Below are positions 16,687-24,578 of a stretch of 32,000 nucleotides of DNA, piece after piece. A model generated the notes under the pieces. That model saw only the letters and a program-made list of their open reading frames with translations. It was not told the origin of the DNA and did no database searches. Made by a program: the position numbers and the translations under genes. Origin of the DNA: Ktedonobacterales bacterium (lineage in GTDB: Bacteria > Chloroflexota > Ktedonobacteria > Ktedonobacterales > JADMIN01); contig CP126532.1 of the NCBI GenBank assembly GCA_030167145.1, positions 4,620,001 through 4,652,000 of the forward strand, given 5' to 3'. The stretch's first letter is position 1, and the number at the start of each line of letters is the position of its first letter.

Positions 16687-18322
16687 GGTGCCGATGACTC
16701 CTTGTGTTTGGATCACCTGACGTACTTGATGATTGCGACCCAGAGAGCGCTGAATGCGACTGGCGGCGGCGCGTGAGCCGTGCGGCGGCACGCGACCCCT
16801 CTACAGTAACTTCGTTAGCGGACGACACGTGCCCGGCATTCACGGCTGGCTCCGTCCCAGCGTCCAATGCGGCCACGAATGCACGGGCCAGCGTCGCCGC
16901 CCGCTCTTTGTCGTCCGGCAAGAGTTGGTCATCCAGCACCAGACCGAGCAGATAGTCTTTGACGGGACGCAGCCACGGACCAGGCCCGCGCCCGAACATC
17001 TCCATCAACTCGTTGCCATCCAGCGGACTCTTCAGCGGCACCCGCTCCGCCTCTGCGCGCAGCCACGCCACCCGCGTCTCCAGTTCATTGACGCGCGCCG
17101 CCGCGCGCTGGAGTTTATCCTGCCGATAACTGGTGATGTCGGCCCGCGAGAGGTCCAGCAGGTCAGCCATTGCGGGTCCAGCATCCAGCATCAGGCGGCG
17201 CACTGCCCCATCGGTCCACTCGCTAGTATAGGCGTTGGCGCGCATGTGCAGTCGTACCAGCCGCGCGACATGGTCAATAAAGGCGCGGTCGAACTTCAGG
17301 CGGCGTAGAATGTCGCGCGCCATGCCAGCGCCCACATCCTCATGGCCGAAGAAATGCACCTGACCGTTCTCCACACTGCGCGTGCGCGGCTTGGCGATGT
17401 CATGCAGCAGGCCAGCCCAGCGGGTGGCAGGCCGCGCTGGTGTACGCTCTACGACGCGCAGCACGTGCTCATACACATCCTTTGAGCGCCCCGTCAATTG
17501 CTGACTGATGCCGCGTAGCGCCAGCGCCTCAGGCACGACATAGGGCATGAGGTCAAGGTCCACCAGCAAGCGAATCCCAAGCGCGGGATTCGCCGTGACG
17601 AGCAGTTTGGTGAACTCATCGCGGATACGCTCGCGGCTGATCTTGGCCAGTGTATCGGCTTGCTCGCGCATCGCCTGCGCCGTGCCTGGCTCGATGCTGA
17701 AGTCGAGCTGCGAGGCGAAGCGGGCGGCGCGCAGCATCCGCAGTGGATCTTCGTCGAAACGGCGGTGAGGATCGTCGCCTACCGCGCGGATCAACCGCCG
17801 CTCCAAATCCTCGCGCCCCCCATACGGATCAGTAATTTGACCGGTGAGCGGATCGCGGGCGATTGCGTTGATCGTGAAGTCGCGGCGCAAGAGGTCGTCT
17901 TCGAGCGCGTCGCCGAAGATGACCTCAGGCTTGCGCGATTCGGGGTTATAGCGGTCGCTGCGAAAGGTGGTGATCTCTACCACGTCCACGTCCGGCGCGG
18001 CGCCGGCGACGGCCACCACTGGCTCCGGACTTTCGCTGGCGTTTGCTTGGCGCGTGTTGGACACTCCGGCATCCTCTGCCGAATCAGCACGCGGATAGTG
18101 TAGGCGGACGGTGCCAAACTGCTCGCCGATCACGACGATCACCAGCGGATGAGTCAGTGCTGCAAGCCGCTTAATGTCGTCGGGCCGGGCGTTGGTAGTC
18201 AGGTCTATATCGGGCGAGTGTTCGCGGCGCAACAGCAGGTCGCGTACTGTGCCACCGACCATATAGAGTTCGTATCCAGCGTCCCGGAAGACGCGCGCCA
18301 GGGTAAGGATAGTATCGAGCAT
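16676..18322 (-). CDS. cca: CCA tRNA nucleotidyltransferase (class II, HD-domain type)
   Basis: YMVGGTVRDLLL head motif, DLTT, RDFTINA and an HD region (GLLHDIAKP...FFGHE). ATG 18322 is preferred over the upstream TTG 18394 because it gives the usual ~20 aa before the GG motif. The start is uncertain. Confidence 0.85.
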   Translation of the reverse strand: MLDTILTLARVFRDAGYELYMVGGTVRDLLLRREHSPDIDLTTNARPDDIKRLAALTHPLVIVVIGEQFGTVRLHYPRADSAEDAGVSNTRQANASESPEPVVAVAGAAPDVDVVEITTFRSDRYNPESRKPEVIFGDALEDDLLRRDFTINAIARDPLTGQITDPYGGREDLERRLIRAVGDDPHRRFDEDPLRMLRAARFASQLDFSIEPGTAQAMREQADTLAKISRERIRDEFTKLLVTANPALGIRLLVDLDLMPYVVPEALALRGISQQLTGRSKDVYEHVLRVVERTPARPATRWAGLLHDIAKPRTRSVENGQVHFFGHEDVGAGMARDILRRLKFDRAFIDHVARLVRLHMRANAYTSEWTDGAVRRLMLDAGPAMADLLDLSRADITSYRQDKLQRAAARVNELETRVAWLRAEAERVPLKSPLDGNELMEMFGRGPGPWLRPVKDYLLGLVLDDQLLPDDKERAATLARAFVAALDAGTEPAVNAGHVSSANEVTVEGSRAAARLTRRRQSHSALSGSQSSSTSGDPNTRSHRHHEE

Positions 18323-18454
18323 GCGGTCGAGCTTCTTTGTAGGCAAGGCAACCACCCGCTGCGCGGGTCGCTGCTGGATTCTCGTGAGTTCCAACCAGCG
18401 TATTCTATCAGTTTATCGCGCCCTATTGGGAGACTTCCCGCTGGCTAGCCAGTA

Positions 18455-18476
18455 GCGCGGACATTCCTGTCTGCGC
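18455..18476 (+). repeat. dispersed copy of the GGAC-ATTCCT-GTCT hairpin
   Basis: In GCGCGGAC ATTCCT GTCTGCGC, the 17-nt core cggacattcctgtctgc is identical to the copies at 368..387 and 414..433. It forms an 8-bp stem and lies between the hydrolase stop and the cca start. Confidence 0.8.
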
Positions 18477-18504
18477 GCGTATGCCGTGTGCCACCGCGCG
18501 CGGC

Positions 18505-19425
18505 TTATGCCACGTGGCGCAGAATCCACTCCGTAAGGTCGGCGTCGAGTGCGCCGCGACCCGGCTCGAACTGGAAATCATGTGCGAAGCCAGGGTACGT
18601 CTTCCAGGTTTTATCCGCGCTGCCCAGCGCATCAAAGCATTTTCGCGTCGCCGCCTGCGACAACGTCTTATCCGCTTCACCCTGGATCACGAGCGCGGGC
18701 GCGCGCACCTGCTTCGCCTGCGCCAGCACGCCGCCGCGCATCCGGACGCCAATCTGGTAAAGAAATGCCTTGCTCTGCTTGCTTACCCAGAGGTCATCTT
18801 CGTTCAGCAATTGCGCGGCTTCGGGATTCATCGTCATACCTGGAATGTTCGGAGCAAGCTCGAAGATCTTCTCCGAGCCAAGCGGACCGCTCACCAGTCC
18901 GCCAATCAGTGTGCTTGTAGGCACCTTCACCACATCTTTGATCCACGGGTTGACGAGAATCAGGCCACGCAGGCGGTTGCGCCCGCTACGCGCGTCATCG
19001 GCGGCGAGATAGGTCGCGAAGATGCCACCCATGCTGTGGCCCAGCACAAACAGCGGCGCGCCCGGCTCGCGCTTCCGCACTTCATCCAAATAGTGGTTGA
19101 GATCTTCGACATAGATGTTCCCCCGCGTGACATGCCCGCGTGCGCCCCCGGAGCGTCCAAAGCCGCGGTGGTCGTCTATGTAGACCGTCAGCCCGCGCGC
19201 ATTGAGCGCATTGCCCATATCAATAAACCACCCGGAGTGCGCGCCTAGGCCGTGCAGCAGCACAAGCACTGGCGCAGCAGCGGTGGCCGCCTGCCACCGG
19301 CGAAAGAAGAGCGACGTGCCGTCGGGTAAGGCTAACGTCTCAGTGCTGTACGCGCCACCAGGGGCAGCGGTGGGCACACCCCAATCACCTTTGTTTGCCG
19401 GCTGATATAGCATCTGATCGCTCAT
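18505..19425 (-). CDS. alpha/beta hydrolase (lysophospholipase / monoacylglycerol-lipase-like)
   Basis: Nucleophile elbow GHSMGG and an HGLGAHSG oxyanion region, with Asp and His in the C-terminal region. SD (GAAGGGGG). Confidence 0.85.
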   Translation of the reverse strand: MSDQMLYQPANKGDWGVPTAAPGGAYSTETLALPDGTSLFFRRWQAATAAAPVLVLLHGLGAHSGWFIDMGNALNARGLTVYIDDHRGFGRSGGARGHVTRGNIYVEDLNHYLDEVRKREPGAPLFVLGHSMGGIFATYLAADDARSGRNRLRGLILVNPWIKDVVKVPTSTLIGGLVSGPLGSEKIFELAPNIPGMTMNPEAAQLLNEDDLWVSKQSKAFLYQIGVRMRGGVLAQAKQVRAPALVIQGEADKTLSQAATRKCFDALGSADKTWKTYPGFAHDFQFEPGRGALDADLTEWILRHVA

Positions 19426-19579
19426 CGCGTGCCCCCTTCACCTGCTCGCGGCTATCATCTCCACGCTCGCGCGCGTATTCTAGCATGCTACCACCAGCAG
19501 GGACAATGGCGAATCCATCGTGACAGCTTCTCTGCTTGCTCTGCACCGCTTTGTAACCGCCCTGCGCGCACCGTCTGGG

Positions 19580-19588
19580 TGATATACT
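19580..19588 (+). promoter_or_regulatory. extended -10 candidate TGaTATACT
   Basis: 44 nt upstream of the ATG at 19632. Confidence 0.3.
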
Positions 19589-19631
19589 GTGCTTGTCGGG
19601 TGATCATACGCGGAAGAGGAGGACACATCGT

Positions 19632-20483
19632 ATGCCGGAGATGGACCAGGGCATCAAACGCCTGTTGCAGACCCATCCCGCCGATGTGCTCTCCTTGGCG
19701 CTGCCCGACGCGGAATATCTGGGCACGCTGCCCGTAGACGTGGCCACCGAGCCACAATTGACCCTGGATAGCCTATTGCACGTGCGCTATCATGGGGTGG
19801 AGTGCGCGGTGGATCTGGAAGCCGAAGCGCGCCCCAAGCCTGACATCGGACGGCGCCTCTTCGAGTATGGCGCGCGGGCGAGCATCGTCGCTGGCTTTCC
19901 GGTAATCTCAGTGGTGCTCTGGCTCGAAGCCAATGGTGCGCCGGTGCGCTCACCTTACGAGTTGCATGCCGCTGACCGGCTGCTGGCGACCTGGCATTAT
20001 AGCGGCATTGAGGTCTATCAGTTGCAGGCGGCGACGCTGCTGGCGAGCGGGGTGCTGGGGCTGCTGCCGCTGGTGCCGTTCACCCAGGGGTCAGACCCCG
20101 CCACCATCGAGCGGACGGCGGAACTGGTCAAGGAGCAAGCGCCGGCCAGCGAGGTGGGTGAGCTAGAATCACTGCTGCTCGTCTTCGCGGCGCGCAAATA
20201 TGATGCGAAGTTCGCTATGAATATTGCCCGGAGGCTGTTTATGTCCACGGAAATCGTCGAGAAGTCTGCCCTTTACCAGTTGTGGACCCAGCAGGGTCGT
20301 GAGCAGGGCAAACAAGAAGGGCTGCGCGAAGCCACCACCTTGACTCTGCGCGCACGGTTCGGCGAACTGCCGCAAGATATTGCCGATGCTCTGGCCCATG
20401 CCAGCAACGCGACGCTGGAAGCGCTGTTGGCCAACATCACCACCGATACGTTGGAGCAGGCCCGCCAGCGCCTGGGCCTGTAG
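19632..20483 (+). CDS. Rpn-family / PD-(D/E)XK nuclease-like protein with a C-terminal DUF4351-like domain
   Basis: The N-terminal D...(V)DLEAEA pattern plus RRLFEY resembles YhgA/Rpn putative transposase-nucleases. The C-terminus (LRARFGELPQDIADALAHASNATLEALLANI) resembles DUF4351. The start is at ATG 19632, with a GGAGGA SD. Confidence 0.6.
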   Translation: MPEMDQGIKRLLQTHPADVLSLALPDAEYLGTLPVDVATEPQLTLDSLLHVRYHGVECAVDLEAEARPKPDIGRRLFEYGARASIVAGFPVISVVLWLEANGAPVRSPYELHAADRLLATWHYSGIEVYQLQAATLLASGVLGLLPLVPFTQGSDPATIERTAELVKEQAPASEVGELESLLLVFAARKYDAKFAMNIARRLFMSTEIVEKSALYQLWTQQGREQGKQEGLREATTLTLRARFGELPQDIADALAHASNATLEALLANITTDTLEQARQRLGL

Positions 20484-20490
20484 ACTCCAC

Positions 20491-20523
20491 AAAAAAGTTC
20501 CCCTCCCCTCTGGGGAAGGGAAC
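20491..20523 (-). terminator. Rho-independent terminator for the 20539..22008 gene (hairpin shared by convergent genes)
   Basis: 12-bp stem GTTCCCCTCCCC / GGGGAAGGGAAC with one C-A mismatch and a 3-nt loop. On the minus strand it is followed by TTTTTT (20491..20496). Confidence 0.7.
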
Positions 20524-20538
20524 CAGACGTTGCACACG

Positions 20539-22008
20539 CTAGCCCATCGCATTGATTGCCGCGCGCACATGGTCGGCGACACGCTGCCCCGAGGTTAGTT
20601 CGCCCGCCAGACGGATTGCTGCGCCGAGCAGCGCATTCTGCCCACCCGCCTGGAGCGCCGCTGGCAAATTGAGGTACTCCTCAGCAGCGGCGGCCACGAA
20701 CGGCAGGATATGCATGCTATCGGGCTGGTCCGCGCGCACATCGCGCGAGGCCGCCACCGCGCCGATCATACCCGCCAGAGCATTGCTCGGATGACCCATC
20801 TGAAGATAGCGGCTGGCCACGCTCAGCGCGTTGTCCGTATCGCCTGCCGCAAGCTGCGCCTCGAAGGTGCGAAGCATGCTCGCGGCAATCAGCCCGCCCA
20901 TCGGCACGGAAGCCGAGCCGCGCGTGCCAGCGGGCAGCGCGGCGGCTTGCGCGGTCTGGTGCGCGGCGTTCACGACACAGGCGGCAGTGTAGAGCAGCGG
21001 CCAGATCTCCTGATCCTGCGTCTGCTTTGTCGCTGTGTGGACCGCATTGGCATAGAGCAGCGCGTGCGCGGCGTGCGTCAGCCCGTCGCGGTCCCCCTTG
21101 GGCACGGCATTGATGACCTCAGCGGCGGCCAGCGCAATGCCAGCGGCCACCCCAATCGGTGTCGCGCCATCGCGCAGCGCCTTAAGCGCGGCGTCGCACG
21201 CGGTCGTGAAATCGCCAGAGACTAGCGCCCGCTGGAACGCCGGACCTGCGGCCTCCTCCTTCGGGATAGAGAGGCGCGTGCGGAGCCAGCCCAGATTGTG
21301 CGCACTATCGGCGGCATAGGCGCTGGCGGCTTCACCAGCGGGTGAATTAGCCGCGCCATCGAGCAGCAGCGGCGTCACCCAGTAGATATAGGCGGGCACA
21401 CGGTCGCCCCAGTCCGCCATGTCGAGCACACGAGCGCCAGTCACGGTGAAGATCAGTGGATGCCCATCCTGCGGATAGCGGCTCTCAAGTGTCGCGTAGA
21501 GGGTCGAGAGGATCGTCTTGTAGTCCGCTCCAGTCGCGTAATAGCCCATCAGCACGGCGCGCATGCGGTCGAGGTCGCGCTTGGCGAATGCGTCACGGAA
21601 TGCGCCTAGCGACCCGCCATGCTCCTTCACATCAGCGGGAACAAGCGCATCCGGCAGAACCGGGTGCGGCTCTGGCAGCCCCTGCTTCACACGATCGGCA
21701 ACCGCCAGAAAGCCCTGCACCAGCGGCAGCGCCGGAGCCAGCATGCGGCGCTCATCCGCTCCAGGCTCCGGGCCAATCGGGATCGAGCGCATCCACTCCG
21801 CGACCCGCCCCGCCACCGAGAGCACCGAAAGCGGATGCCCATCGCCACCGGCCCACGCCGCCGGAATGCCAACGCGGGCGGCAATCTTAGCTGGCGGCAC
21901 CTTGCCCGGCCCCAGCAGGCGCAGCGTAGCCTGGATGATACCGTCCTCGTCGCCAGTGGTAATCGCATCCAGCAGGGTTGTGATGTCCGCCGTTACAATC
22001 GTCGCCAT
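20539..22008 (-). CDS. hypothetical protein, Ala-rich, predicted all-helical (489 aa)
   Basis: Long ORF with host-like codon bias. It begins 50 nt downstream of the 22059 stop and ends at the terminator. No family or catalytic motif recognised. Confidence 0.7.
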   Translation of the reverse strand: MATIVTADITTLLDAITTGDEDGIIQATLRLLGPGKVPPAKIAARVGIPAAWAGGDGHPLSVLSVAGRVAEWMRSIPIGPEPGADERRMLAPALPLVQGFLAVADRVKQGLPEPHPVLPDALVPADVKEHGGSLGAFRDAFAKRDLDRMRAVLMGYYATGADYKTILSTLYATLESRYPQDGHPLIFTVTGARVLDMADWGDRVPAYIYWVTPLLLDGAANSPAGEAASAYAADSAHNLGWLRTRLSIPKEEAAGPAFQRALVSGDFTTACDAALKALRDGATPIGVAAGIALAAAEVINAVPKGDRDGLTHAAHALLYANAVHTATKQTQDQEIWPLLYTAACVVNAAHQTAQAAALPAGTRGSASVPMGGLIAASMLRTFEAQLAAGDTDNALSVASRYLQMGHPSNALAGMIGAVAASRDVRADQPDSMHILPFVAAAAEEYLNLPAALQAGGQNALLGAAIRLAGELTSGQRVADHVRAAINAMG

Positions 22009-22058
22009 ACGTGGCCTATGCTCCTTTGGGTAGCTGAGTGAGACGTTGTTGTTAAGTT

Positions 22059-22865
22059 TTAAGGATGGTCGGACGCTGGCGCGCCGTTTTCGCCGTCTGA
22101 TCCGCGCAGCGAGCGGATTTCGTTCTCGATGGGCGGAATGTTCGCGTAATCTTCTTCGAGCAGCTTATATGCGCGCTGGATGTACAACTCAGCCAGCCGT
22201 GCGCCACTCGCATCGGGGCGCAGCGCAGCCTCCACGAGTAGATTGGCGCGATACTTTTCGGGGAGCGATTGCGCGATGCGCCGCATGGATGTGGTGACGC
22301 TGGCCAGCAGACGCTGATCGTGGCCGTCTATCGCATAGCGTGCCTGCCCGATGAGCCGCCCTAGCTCGCCGAGACGATCACGTTCTGGCAGCACCTCAGC
22401 CATGACATCCTCAACTTGCAAGTCATCGAGCGGAATGGCGGCTGGCGTGGTAGGAGTTGTGACCTCCGGCCAGCGGCGCAGATATTCGCCATACAACTCG
22501 CCATAGGTCTGGCTAGCCTCAGCAGCATAGGCCATACGCTGCCGTTCATCGCTGATGAAGATCGTGCCCAGGTCGCAGAGGTCGTCGCCGCGCCGCTCGG
22601 CGAGTTGGCGCAGTTGCGCCATGCCAGGCACGTCTTCGAGCATCGGTGGGATGGGCACGACGCTCATCGCTTCCGCATCTTGCAGTCCCTCCATCGGCAC
22701 CTGGCCAGAGAGGATCGGCGGCAAATACTTGCCAATAGAAAACTGGATCGGCAACACAACGCAGTAGGTGGCGATCAGCCCCCCTGCGTTACCCCCAGCG
22801 CGCCCATAGAGGATGGCGTGGCCGCGCGGCGCCTGAGAATCGCCTAGCTCAAAGCGTAGCTGCAT
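22059..22865 (-). CDS. hypothetical protein (268 aa)
   Basis: The start was set at ATG 22865 (MQLRFELGD), with GAGGAGG upstream. A Gly-rich beta-like N-terminal half is followed by a helical acidic C-terminal half. No family recognised. Confidence 0.7.
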   Translation of the reverse strand: MQLRFELGDSQAPRGHAILYGRAGGNAGGLIATYCVVLPIQFSIGKYLPPILSGQVPMEGLQDAEAMSVVPIPPMLEDVPGMAQLRQLAERRGDDLCDLGTIFISDERQRMAYAAEASQTYGELYGEYLRRWPEVTTPTTPAAIPLDDLQVEDVMAEVLPERDRLGELGRLIGQARYAIDGHDQRLLASVTTSMRRIAQSLPEKYRANLLVEAALRPDASGARLAELYIQRAYKLLEEDYANIPPIENEIRSLRGSDGENGAPASDHP

Positions 22866-23006
22866 GCCAATTCCTCCTCTTGCTGCCGCGCGTCCGCTCG
22901 CGCTTCGGGATATGTATCCCCAACATGGTATCATATCGGCGTCGCCGCCTCTATGCAACGCTATGGGCGAACTCGCTAGTGAGGTGGCGAATTTGAGAGA
23001 AGTGCG

Positions 23007-23699
23007 ATGCTATTTCTATTCGATATAGATGGGACGCTACTGCGCCGCATGCCGCCCGCGCACCGGCAGGCAGTCTGCGACGGTGCGGCGGTGGTCTATG
23101 GTGTGCGACTGGGGCCAGACGACCTGGGCCAGACTGCGGGGATGACCGACACAGCCATCGCGTGGCGGGCGTTGCGAACGATAGGCATCCCCGATGGCGA
23201 AATTCGCGACGGATTGCCCGCATTCTTCACGGCAGCGGCGGACGCCTACGAGCGGCACGTGCCCGCAGATCTGCGTCCGTATGCCGCGCCGCATGCGACA
23301 GAGGCGCTGGCATGGCTGGCGGAGCGTGGCGCGGCGCTGGGCCTGGTGACCGGCAATATCGAGCGCGTCGCCTGGACGAAACTGCGCGCGGCAAGCATGG
23401 ACCAGTATTTTGCGTGTGGTGGCTTTGGCGATGAGGCTGAGGCACGCACCGATCTGCCCCCGCTGGCGCTAGGACGAGCGCGGACGGCCTTCGGGCGCGA
23501 CTTCACGCCGGAGCACATCTACGTCGTCGGCGATACGCCCGATGATGTCGCCTGCGGCGTGGCGAATGGCCTGCGCACCGTAGCTGTAGCGACCGGGCCG
23601 GTCCACTCGCTGGCAGAACTGCGCGCCGCCGGGGCCGACTATGCCTACGACGATCTGCGCGGCCTCTGGGAGTTGCCCATCTCCGCGACGCGCTCTTGA
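23007..23699 (+). CDS. HAD-superfamily hydrolase (phosphoglycolate-phosphatase-like)
   Basis: Motif I LFDIDGTLL, motif II LVTGN and motif IV VGDTPDD. Confidence 0.82.
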   Translation: MLFLFDIDGTLLRRMPPAHRQAVCDGAAVVYGVRLGPDDLGQTAGMTDTAIAWRALRTIGIPDGEIRDGLPAFFTAAADAYERHVPADLRPYAAPHATEALAWLAERGAALGLVTGNIERVAWTKLRAASMDQYFACGGFGDEAEARTDLPPLALGRARTAFGRDFTPEHIYVVGDTPDDVACGVANGLRTVAVATGPVHSLAELRAAGADYAYDDLRGLWELPISATRS

Positions 23700-23805
23700 C
23701 ACCATGTTGCTTCATGCTTGTAGGGAGATCCCTTTAGGAACGGCCCACAAGGCGGCACCCAGATACGATGCGCGCTCCTGTAGTGCTGATTCAGGAGAAT
23801 TGACT

Positions 23806-24120
23806 ATGCAACCACCCCAAGATGAAATCGTGATACGCGACAACCCAGATGCCCAACGCTTCGAGGCTCAATTGGGAGAACATCTCGCCAAAGCCGAGTA
23901 TCGCCGGTCGCCAGGAGTCATCACCTTCTCCCACACCGAAGTTCCGGCGGAGTTGCAGGGCCATGGTGTCGCCAACAAGCTAATCCAGGCGGCGCTGGAC
24001 CAGTCCAGGGCTGAGGGGCTGGCGGTCATTCCACTCTGCCCGTTCGTCGCCGCCTTCATTCGCCGCCACCCCGCATATCGCGATCTGGTGCCAGAGCGCT
24101 ACCAGCGTCTAGTCTCATAA
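23806..24120 (+). CDS. small GNAT-like N-acetyltransferase (YjdJ type)
   Basis: About 104 aa with the FEA..G...A...Y......I.F.HTEVP..L.G.GVA.KL pattern and a CPF motif. The start is at ATG 23806, with an AGGAG SD. Confidence 0.7.
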   Translation: MQPPQDEIVIRDNPDAQRFEAQLGEHLAKAEYRRSPGVITFSHTEVPAELQGHGVANKLIQAALDQSRAEGLAVIPLCPFVAAFIRRHPAYRDLVPERYQRLVS

Positions 24121-24148
24121 GCACGAACTAGGGCGAAGGAGAAGAGTC

Positions 24149-24571
24149 ATGGACACACGCGGTAAAGCCTATACATCGCCAGAGATCACCGTCTACTTCG
24201 ATGGAACCCGCTGCATTCACGCGGCAGAGTGCGTGCGCGGGCTGCCATCGGTGTTCGACCGCGACAAGCGGCCCTGGGTGCAGGCTAGTAACGCCCCCGC
24301 CGAGCAGGTAGCCGGGATCGTGCGCCGCTGCCCGTCAGGGGCCTTGCGCTACGTGCTGGCGGATCAAACCACGGAAACACCGGAGACGCCGACCACGCTG
24401 CGGCAGTTCGCCGATGGACGCCTGGAGGTTCGCGGCGACCTGCGCATCATTCCGGCGGCAGGCGGCGAGGCGATTCAGGTGGCGCGGGCCACGCTCTGCA
24501 CCTGTGGGTTGTCGCGGAATCTCCCTTTCTGCGATAATCGCCATCAGACGCGAACCGAAAGTGGCTCGTGA
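24149..24571 (+). CDS. Fe-S protein: divergent 4Fe-4S mono-cluster domain plus a CDGSH-type zinc-finger/2Fe-2S domain
   Basis: N-terminal ITVYFDGTRCIHAAECVRGLP...RCPSGAL. C-terminal CTCGLSRNLPFCDNRH (CxCxxSxxxPxCDxxH). SD (GAAGGAG). Confidence 0.75.
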   Translation: MDTRGKAYTSPEITVYFDGTRCIHAAECVRGLPSVFDRDKRPWVQASNAPAEQVAGIVRRCPSGALRYVLADQTTETPETPTTLRQFADGRLEVRGDLRIIPAAGGEAIQVARATLCTCGLSRNLPFCDNRHQTRTESGS

Positions 24572-24578
24572 CGCGCCC

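Noticed and set aside
20552-22041. Several plus-strand ORFs (for example 20710..21225 and 21563..22033) antisense to the 489-aa hypothetical gene
   Set aside because: Their composition is typical of GC-rich antisense frames. The minus-strand frame has the SD-bearing operon context and a terminator.
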